From Iphione sp. A-MEVVRFRX5 (Eukaryota), in NCBI GenBank assembly GCA_976226885.1, contig OZ320321.1, positions 46,500,001 to 46,533,000 of the forward strand: 33,000 nt of DNA, given 5' to 3'. How positions within the stretch are numbered: position 1 is the first letter of the stretch; the number at the start of each line of letters is the position of its first letter. The position numbers and the translations under genes are program-made. The notes under the pieces were generated by a model that had not been told where the DNA came from, searched no databases, and was given only the letters and a program-made list of their open reading frames with translations. Shown piece by piece: positions 24,637 through 33,000 of the stretch.

Positions 24637-25892
24637 GTAGGTTCTCTTCTCTATTCAGCACTTACGGTTTTCAGAAAACATCATTGGTCCAAAGTCTCTT
24701 TCAAGATCATTCATAAATCACAACTTATGGGGTGTTTATCGCTACCCCGAAAAAAACGGGTTAGCATATTTGCGATTGAAGTTTATGGCAGAACGCTAAT
24801 CGAACTTGCAAGGGCGTGTTTTGTAATAGTGAGAGAGTAAATGATACACGTACAGGTCTCCATGCTATATCCTTCAGATGTAGGGTAGTCTTCCCATGTA
24901 TCTGATGACTTTTTTGGACACAGAGGCATCTATGCAGGACACCGAACATTGTGCAGGAAGGTATACCCATGTGTCTGTAGGTAAAACAATAGATGAAGAG
25001 ACCCCTAGGAGTACTGCTGAGAACCAATATCAGTAGAGAGTCAACAGAAAAAAGATGACAGACACGGACATATCACCGGACTTCCTGGTACCTACTTTGA
25101 TCACAGAGAAGTGTCCATACAATATGTATATATGGGTATGAACTATTAGAATAGAGATTGGACATCACCCTGTCCGAGCTCCATATCCGTATCTGTAATC
25201 TACATATACATGAAAGACTGCCTCATGTTGAAGCCTGTTACTCGGGGGTGAAGGGTCCCAGGGGAGGGATGCGATCTTCCTTGGGACTGGCCAATTTGGG
25301 TCTTCAATGGTTTAGTCTTATCATACATATTCTACATGGAGGAAATTGAATGATTTGGGCTTACAAATCTAGGTCACTCTCCCAGTTTGGTCTCCCTTGT
25401 GATCTGGTCTTTATCTGAGTCTCCACTGTATTTTAAATATACCTGGATGCCAAGATGCCAAGATTGTGAGAAACAGGAGGAGCAAGAGAACAAGCAAGTA
25501 AAGACTAAAAGAGAAGAAAAAGAGAATCGACCAAAAAAAGACGACCCCACCTCTTGGCCCCTAGTGGCCTGCCAATTAAATAAAATTCCAGCTATCCCGG
25601 CTGCCTATTTGCATGCATTGTACAAACTATGGTTTGATTTTAAATCTTTTTTTGTGTAGCACTTATCTATATGTTAATGTGTATATAAAAAGTTACAATC
25701 ACATGCGTTAAAAGACGTAAATCCATTAAGATACTTATGGGCTTCTAACATTCTTAAACACTTTAATGTTGTTTGCCTAGAAAAGATATTGGTTTTGACA
25801 TATTTGAGTATTGGCTTGTGCACCTACTACAATTAACACCAGCTTACTAAAAGTGCTAATAAATTAACGTCGGGTTTAACGATGAAGTAGAG

Positions 25893-25980
25893 GGACTAGT
25901 CAAGAGGTTTATACACGAAACCGAGGGGATGGACGTAGTCCATCCCCGAGGAATTGAGTGTATAAACCTCAGACTAGTCC
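25893..25980. repeat. 88-bp near-perfect palindrome (hairpin) in intron 2
   Basis: Left arm ggactagtcaagaggtttatacacgaaaccgaggggatggac, loop gta, right arm gtccatccccgaggaattgagtgtataaacctcagactagtcc. Confidence 0.9.
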
Positions 25981-26271
25981 TGATATGAAGTCGTTAAATG
26001 CGGTTCTAAAATGGTTTTGATGACTGCAGTGCACATGCTTATGACCTCCTAAGCATGCGCATTGACACATATTTAACTGGGCCGTGATTAGTCCGCCGTT
26101 TAAGCATGTTTTTTTAGTCTCTATATTCAATGTATCTTTCACTCTGGACCATTTTAGAACATGTGCATTCAGTACAAACACATAACCATTTTGAAACCGA
26201 AAGTTTGTTTCGCACTCCTCTGAACACAGTCGAATGCGATTAATCCTCCACGTTTTGAACCTTTCTTTCAG

Positions 26272-26419
26272 AGCTACATATACCTAGTAAACGAGGACAC
26301 TTTGGAAGTCGAGGTGCGGTACAAGGATGGCACCCTGGCCACCCACTATGTCATCGATGCCTTCCCCCATGATATCGTCGTCACCCAACGGCTGGGTCCG
26401 GAATGGACCCCTCCGACCG
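26272..26419 (+). CDS. LRP/LDLR-superfamily-like protein, exon C (end of propeller 1 and linker)
   Basis: Acceptor ctttctttcag|AGC (phase 0), donor ACC G|gtgagt (phase 1). Translates SYIYLVNEDTLEVEVRYKDGTLATHYVIDAFPHDIVVTQRLGPEWTPPT. Not present in the ORF track. Confidence 0.88.
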
Positions 26420-27593
26420 GTGAGTCGTCTGTCAGATCCTTGTTATTATCCGTACTATACCAAGACATAATCCGGATGTAAAGTGTTATTTTCTTGTGGT
26501 GTGGGTCACGTTTCTCCTCGTCATTATGCACAGGTGCTGAGGCTATAGTTGTTGTATATGTGGCAAGCCCAGTACCTTGTAGGGTACTAGTACAACTGTG
26601 CACACTCTTATATGGGATGTTCCCTGCCCATAAAAAGAGTTGATTCACCACTGACTCATTCATCTATTACTAGAGCTTGTGAAAGTGTGGTAGAACCTCG
26701 CAACTGGGGACCCCTTCCAATGAAGCTGTCTCCACTTAGGGGATGTATCCGGTCTTTGTTAGTGCTACCTGTCACCATTGTAATCCCCAGTCTTGAATGT
26801 CCCCAGGGCATGGGGTTCTACTGTAGTTCTCGATAGTGTCTCTGTAAACAGGAGATGGACTGGATGACAAAAAAAGAGCTTGGATTGTCTAAGACTTACA
26901 GATGTGCTAAAACCCTGACACTACTCTTCCACCACCCGAACCAGCCCCGCGACGGATATAGGAATTCCATTTGTACCTAACCCCGTCTTGTCTTTCTCTA
27001 AAACTGTTTGTAAAATTATATGTGGATGCAAAGACCAGGGATCTCCTCCAAGACCTTAGATCAAACCTGAGCAAAATTCTGCAAGGCTCTTGATCAAGAG
27101 TAAGCAGATCGCTCCTAACGGTATGTTCAACTATGATTAGACTGCAGTGATCCCTCTATCAAGTCTTAGTACACTGCTCCAAGTCTCTTGTTCATGTTTG
27201 AGAAGATTGCCCAAGCCTGATGGACTCTTCCAAAATGTAACGATTAGATCTGACTTGGTTCCGCCTTACCTCATGATCAAGTCTAAGTAGCACTGGCATT
27301 ACAGGTAATGGAAACCAAAAGGTGACATTTTCTGAAAGCACGGGTGGAATTGGTGATAAGACAATTTGGTTATGACTTAAGGTGCTGATGGTGCGAATTG
27401 CGCTTTGATGCGAGTTGTATTTGTTCCCTTCACAAAATCCAGCTCTCCCTTCCAGGGAACGATCACCCCCACCCCCACCCCCACCCGAGCCTCTACCTGC
27501 AGTGACCTCTTGTAACACACTCAAGTATAGTGACCTAAGTACAAATAGTATTGTTTTATTCATTATCATTTTCTCGATTCTGCTTTTTTTCAG

Positions 27594-27695
27594 ATTGTGA
27601 CTGTGGGGACTTTTGTGTTCGACTGCTAAACGGCGCAACCGAATGCCGATGTCGCAATAAATACTACTTCCGGCTTGATGGTAAAAGCTGCATAT
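27594..27695 (+). CDS. LRP/LDLR-superfamily-like protein, exon D (EGF-like module)
   Basis: Acceptor tgctttttttcag|AT, donor ATA T|gtaagt; a phase 1-1 module exon. Translates DCDCGDFCVRLLNGATECRCRNKYYFRLDGKSCI with six Cys and the typical DGKxC ending. Confidence 0.92.
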
Positions 27696-29234
27696 GTAAG
27701 TGGCCAAATAATGTCATCTCAGTGGCTAGGGCCATTAGACATGTGTCTTGCTTTTATTGGTAGGAAGTTTCTTTATACATTAACTTGGTACTGCGGTTCG
27801 TTCAGCCAAAGGTGTTTCTAATTGGTCAACTACATGAAGATGAATATTTTCGTGGTAAAAAGTTCCAACACTCAGGTCGTGACATTCCCTATAGGACGTA
27901 GTGGGCCAAAGGAGGGCGTTAGTTCTGAGGATAATGCTCGGCGGTGGTCCTGTATTTGACAAATTTACATTATGCTTCCATAAGACACCAAAATTGATCA
28001 TTATAATTAATTCCCATTGTTAGAACAATTGTCAAATATGTTTCTTTGGTTTAGTTCACCCATTTCATTGCCATATTGTCTACATATTGACAACATGACA
28101 TTCTTTATAGGGAGTGTATTTCTCTTCAATTTGAAATAATTTAATGTACTTAAAGCATGGATAATGGGGCTATGAATAGAATATAATGTATCCTTGTTGT
28201 TTGAACAGTAGTGAAGTGTGTTTTCTGATGTTTGTCCATTGCTTTAATGCCCTTTGCGCTTGGCCTATCGGCCCTCATCTTTGGGCGTTAAACCTATGGA
28301 AAAATGTCAGAAGACACACTCAACCACTTCAGAGTACAAATCTATGCTTACACAAATCCTACGCATGTGGAATTTGGTAGACAGTTTTTATCCTACATAA
28401 TTACGAAATCTCTCACCATTTGTTTTAAAACTGTGTAAAAGTATAATTTTGAGTTCAACACAATGATTTACTAAAACGTATGATATATATTGATTTGGAC
28501 AAGTTGTTGAAAAGGAGCTCCAATCAGGTACAATCTTCTATATTTTGCTGCTCCTGTTCACAACATAATAAACCTCTTACTGACATATTTTTGTAGAGAA
28601 ACTAAAATACATGTACATGTATATTTGTTTTGAATCATAATGCATTTTCATTTCAAGCATTTTAATTATTCTAATGAGTTTAGTTCCTGTGGCCAATTGA
28701 TCACAACGTATACGATTTTCAAACTATGTTCGGTTTTTTAAAACACATTTTAAAAGCTAGGGGAAAGGACATTTCAGCAAATGTATTATTCAAACATTTG
28801 TCATGCGGTAGGGAGCATACATGAAAAATAAGACTTTCAAAAAATTATATGAACGTAAATGACAGGCGTTCACCAAGTAAGGCACTGCCCTATTGTACAT
28901 CAAATAGTCGAAACCCAAGCGTATTGGGATAACCAGTAAACAACCTACAGTTACATTTGCCCTGAATAATTCCCGTCAGGGACATCTCTTCACTAAGTAG
29001 GTAAGGAAACCATAGATCAGGGCCATTACCCGTTTGTCCTTATAATGATTGCGTAAAGCATCGCTGCTCCTGGCTAAAGCCGGCCCGAATTTCCATGTGC
29101 CTCTATTTTCTGTACGTTCTTGCTATGAAACAACACAGAAGCTGCATTTCTTGAATTTGACTTATTTTTCTGTGTTATTTCAGGGAAAGATCATGTGCAC
29201 ATGTAAATAAAGCCTTAAACTTAATATCCATGTG

Positions 29235-29453
29235 ACCATGCCTCTGCTCCGTGTTTGCACTGTCATTACCCGTGATTTCCTGTTTCCTTTGGTGCGACAT
29301 CCGGATCAAAGAAACAGGGAATCCGTTTTGACAGCTCAGGTACGGACATGAATCACAGCATCTATTTTCACACTGCCCTGCTAACTGGACAATTGCACAG
29401 TGCTGAAATAAACTACACTACCAAGCACTGACAGGTCTAACGCAGAGCAAGGT
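29235..29453. mobile_element. Possible small TIR element enclosing a strong hairpin (intron 4)
   Basis: Left accatgcctctgc versus reverse complement of the right end accttgctctgc; internal hairpin at 29274-29323. No target-site duplication recognised. Confidence 0.35.
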
Positions 29454-29574
29454 AAAAAAATATTTAAAATAAGTGCATGTGGTGAACATAAATGAAGGAG
29501 CAATTTCGTCGTGGTATAAGCAACAATTGATATACCCTCGTGATTGATTTTTTATTGTTACTCTTCGTCTACAG

Positions 29575-29835
29575 CAAGTGAGCCCCGGTTTATCTACAGC
29601 ATCGACGGTAACCTGTACGATGCCACGGTCGACATATCACTGCCCGACTTCGCGGCCGAACTGACCACCAAGTCTCTTACGAACCCGGGAGACTACCGCA
29701 AAATCCAAGCCATCGGCTTCCACTTCAAGCGAGACATCGTGCACTTCTCAGACACCGAACTGAACGACATTTATCGTTTGGATGTTTCCGGACGGCAGTT
29801 CACAAAGCATACCGTGAACGAATATAATGTTGAAG
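29575..29835 (+). CDS. LRP/LDLR-superfamily-like protein, exon E (propeller 2, blades 1-2)
   Basis: Acceptor ctcttcgtctacag|CA, donor GAA G|gtacgc (phase 1-1). Translates SEPRFIYSIDGNLYD...IQAIGFHFKRDIVHFSDTELNDIYRLDVSG...YNVE. Confidence 0.9.
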
Positions 29836-30567
29836 GTACGCGTCATGCTCTAGATCAGGGATATTTTCTTCACCCTTTGGGTCACGACCCAAGCTTCAGT
29901 CACCACGCCATTTCGAGTTTGTCCCCATAGGTCTTGTCAATGATTTGCAACTGTAGTTCATGTACTAATGTACAATCACAACCATATTCACTTGACAATT
30001 CACCCGCATTTCAAACATAGCCTTCACTGGGTGATACTTTTATATGGGGTGATGTTAAATGGATGACTACATGAATTACAGTTGAACTATGAGTCGTAGA
30101 GGTACTGCAAAGACAACATTTTGTGTTCTGACAAAAAAATCTCTCCTGCTCTACATTCACACTTTTGAGTTCTCCCCCTTCAAAGTCCCCTTTAATTTTT
30201 GAGGTCTTTTTGTGTACATAGACTCCTCACTTTGCAGTTACCTCACGTACGGTGTTACCTCACAAATACAGCTCAAATCTTTGCAAAGAGTAAACTCCAG
30301 CGCTACTTCATTGTCAAACTCAGGAAATCGACCATTGAAAATTTGGTATTCATTTTCAAATAAGGACCAGTCTTAGCATTTTATCTAGTACTTACAGAAT
30401 GTTCTGTATACTCTACCTATGAGGGGAACCTTTACACCTTCATCTATGTTAGTCAGACAAAAAACCACTAGAGCTCCTGATGGCCTCATTGAGCCTTTGT
30501 ACATAATTTTCTCTGTGATTCTTTCACTTCCAACTCACTCACTCTGTATGTCACGTTGCTTATATAG

Positions 30568-30718
30568 GACTGGCAGTAAGTTGGCTGTCGGACACAGTGT
30601 ACTGGTCCGACACTGAACTCCGACACATCATGCTGTCCCAGCTGGATGGACGCTATCATCGTATCCTGCTGGAAGACGTTGGTGTACCACGTGGTATTAC
30701 GGTGGATTCTATTAGCGG
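30568..30718 (+). CDS. LRP/LDLR-superfamily-like protein, exon F (propeller 2, blades 3-4)
   Basis: Acceptor gcttatatag|GA (phase 1), donor AGC GG|gtaagg (phase 2). Translates GLAVSWLSDTVYWSDTELRHIMLSQLDGRYHRILLEDVGVPRGITVDSISG, a near-canonical YWTD blade. Missed by the ORF track. Confidence 0.93.
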
Positions 30719-31768
30719 GTAAGGCTTCAGCAGCTGAAGCTGCAGGAAAATAAATGTATATATAATTTTATTATACACCTATGCCATGATAAAGGCAAAA
30801 TATTGAATAAATATTAAGGGGTTCTGTATACAACTTCGAAGGCATTCGAACTACAATGATACCATTTTGAACAGGTCCAAAGTGCAAGTGCTGGTGGACG
30901 GGCATGCATTAATTTGATTTTTTAAAAAGGAAATATGGAAATCATAGAGGCTCCATGGCACAAAGGGATACAGAATTGACTAAATTTAGCCCAGAGTCTA
31001 ATTACTCAACAAGTCTGAATGTATTTTAAGGCATAATCACCTATTTTTCAAAATATGTGATCCACTCACAAACCGGAAGTAAACAATGGCATGAATATTG
31101 TGCATGCCCTGGCACCCGTGCCCCCATTTTGTTTATGCTATTTGAATTAGTTAGAAACAGAACCCGCCAAGAAAGAACACAGTGGTCTGACTACAATAAG
31201 ATGATACTCCATTCAACACGGGGACACATATAAACATTGCCATCCTCCTTGTTCAATCAAAAAAGGTCATTTTCAAAGGTTTTTCCCATAATATTCATGG
31301 TGCATAATAATTAAGACGCTATCATATATGACAAGCCATTCATAGTTGGTGAGGAGTATTATACTGAACGTGTCTGCAATCACCCTGCAGGTTCGTTCAG
31401 TTTCGTTTCTCAAACCGAAAACGACCTGTCATATACACACACTATGACAGTTTCCTCTTTACATACATGTATATACATATGTTAGGATATCTCTAAGAGT
31501 TCAATTATCAAAACCCAAGAATAACTCATGTCCGAAGTAGGGGAGTACAGACAAACCCTGCTCACCCCTGTTCTCAACCAGCCTTGGTCGCTTGAGACGT
31601 TTGTACTTAATATGAAATTACATATGTGTTATACTGCAGTCCCAATCTTTGTCTTGAGATGCACATGTCAGAAACGAAATGATCTCATATCTGAAGTAGT
31701 ATTTGCCTACTAGATCTGTCTTTATCCAATGTGTGCTATCCTCAGATAAATGCTACTACATATATATA

Positions 31769-32207
31769 CAGTGGATGGTTCTGTATCAAACAGTGCTTGT
31801 GTCCAGCAAACTCGTTTGGATTTTGTTTTTTAAAATTGTGGCCTTAAGCCACTCCTAACCTCTCCCACACCTCCTGACACAAAAGAAAACCAGCTGATTG
31901 AACTGGTTGCGCAATTCCAAGCCTCTCCCGCCACTCCTAATCTCTCCCACACCTCCTGCCACAACCAATTTTGCTGTTTTTCAGCTGAATTTGACTGAAT
32001 CGTGGCATTTTCGGCCGAAGCTGGCTGAACTTTGCTGAATTTTGGTGTTTTTCTGCCAAATTGCAAGTGAAAAGTGTTTTGATTTCGAATAGAAAGGTTC
32101 AGTTATATGAGTATGTTAATAGTACGAAATGATTCGTCCCAGTGTAATCTGCACAGTTTTCAGATTTTTCGGACTTCGAGTGTTTGGTTTTGGAGAATCG
32201 TCCACTA
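31769..32207. mobile_element. MITE-like element with CAGTGGATGGTTCT...AGAATCGTCCACTA inverted ends (hAT-like)
   Basis: Imperfect 14-bp terminal inverted repeats; internal 34-bp direct repeat (31848-31881, 31930-31963); right part homologous to 23294-23411. Target-site duplication unclear (left flank is a TA run). Confidence 0.65.
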
Positions 32208-32402
32208 CATTACATGTATATTGTTTTAGACCTGTTTTCTCTTCGCATTTTCTAATTTATTGGAAAATGCATACTGTTTCAGACCCAATCTTATACGATT
32301 GGAAAGTCTAATTAACTGGCATTTAAATTCGATGAGGTAAAAATGAATGTTATAAAACTAAGCTCTTCTAAGGTGCATTGAAGGCATATTTTTTTGCTGC
32401 AG

Positions 32403-32531
32403 GTATCTCTTCTTTGTGAATGCCGAGACGTCCTCAATTGAACGTGTCTATACAGATGGCAGGAATCAAAAGCAGATCTTAACAGGTTTAAACTTGCCGC
32501 AGTCAGTTGTGGTTGATCCTAGAAGTAAGAG
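32403..32531 (+). CDS. LRP/LDLR-superfamily-like protein, exon G (propeller 2, blades 4-5); gene continues beyond the window
   Basis: Acceptor tttttttgctgcag|G (phase 2), donor AAG AG|gtatgt (phase 2). Translates YLFFVNAETSSIERVYTDGRNQKQILTGLNLPQSVVVDPRSK. Missed by the ORF track. Confidence 0.92.
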
Positions 32532-32670
32532 GTATGTCTGCCTGAATTGTCGTTTACAGCATGATTAAAGTCACAATACTTATACACGCAACTTCATTGA
32601 AGAGGGGTGACAGGACTAATGACAATGATAATTTTTGCATCAGTTTAGAAGATCTATTCAGGTTGCATTT

Positions 32671-32765
32671 ATTTAAGTCATAATAAATACATATTTTTAC
32701 CAAGTTAGAACATTAATACGCCGTTGTAATATTTAGGTCACACTAAATACATATTTTTACCAAGT
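32671..32765 (+). repeat. Tandem duplication with 60-bp period
   Basis: taaatacatatttttaccaagt at 32684-32705 and 32744-32765, each preceded by attta(a/g)gtca. Confidence 0.85.
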
Positions 32766-32821
32766 ACTTTGCTGAACTGTCCACTTGACAAGTGATGCAG
32801 GCATTAATTACATATTATAGG

Positions 32822-32883
32822 TAATTAATTAGAGATCATAAATATTTACAACTTAGTAAATATTTATGATCTCTAATTAATTA
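32822..32883. repeat. Perfect palindrome with 28-bp arms and 6-nt spacer (intron 7)
   Basis: taattaattagagatcataaatatttac - aactta - gtaaatatttatgatctctaattaatta; the arms are exact reverse complements. Confidence 0.95.
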
Positions 32884-33000
32884 GATCTTAGCTTCTCATT
32901 GCAAAGAGTGACAATCTCAATTTATACACACATGCGTATGTACTTATTTATTTCCTATTCTCATTTTTTGTTAACAAGGATTTATTGGATTGAGAGAGGA

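Noticed and set aside
24637-24840. Read-through extension of ORF 24337..24840 beyond exon B
   Set aside because: Codon bias and domain similarity end at the GGG|gtaggt donor; exon C supplies the expected continuation.
30586-30612. Hairpin tgtcggac...gtccgaca inside exon F
   Set aside because: Follows from the repeated peptide SDT-VYW-SDT; short and likely coincidental.
1-33000. CRISPR arrays, prokaryotic operons, rRNA/tRNA genes, intact RT or transposase genes
   Set aside because: No repeat-spacer periodicity, no dense long ORFs and no diagnostic catalytic motifs were seen; the window has spliced eukaryotic gene architecture.

Overview
Eukaryotic (metazoan) genomic DNA; no prokaryotic operon, CRISPR array, rRNA or tRNA was found. 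GC3-rich exons in AT-rich introns and frequent TACATGTA-type motifs suggest a marine invertebrate such as amphioxus (inference only). The one firm gene is on the + strand: seven exons from 21645 to 32531, joined by hand with GT-AG introns and matching phases. They give 507 uninterrupted codons encoding a divergent six-bladed YWTD (LDL-receptor class B) beta-propeller, a compact EGF module and most of a second propeller (LRP/LDLR-superfamily-like). The gene continues past the window end and its 5' exon was not found. A probable signal-anchor exon of a second gene runs off the window start on the - strand (1-151). The rest is mostly repeat debris: MITE-like elements, microsatellites and minisatellites, three strong intronic hairpins, and several intron-less frames with few stops. 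The best of these frames (2460-4780, - strand) may be a decayed viral or large-transposon gene block, but I could not assign it to a family. Most ORFs in the supplied track are shadows of exons or simple repeats.
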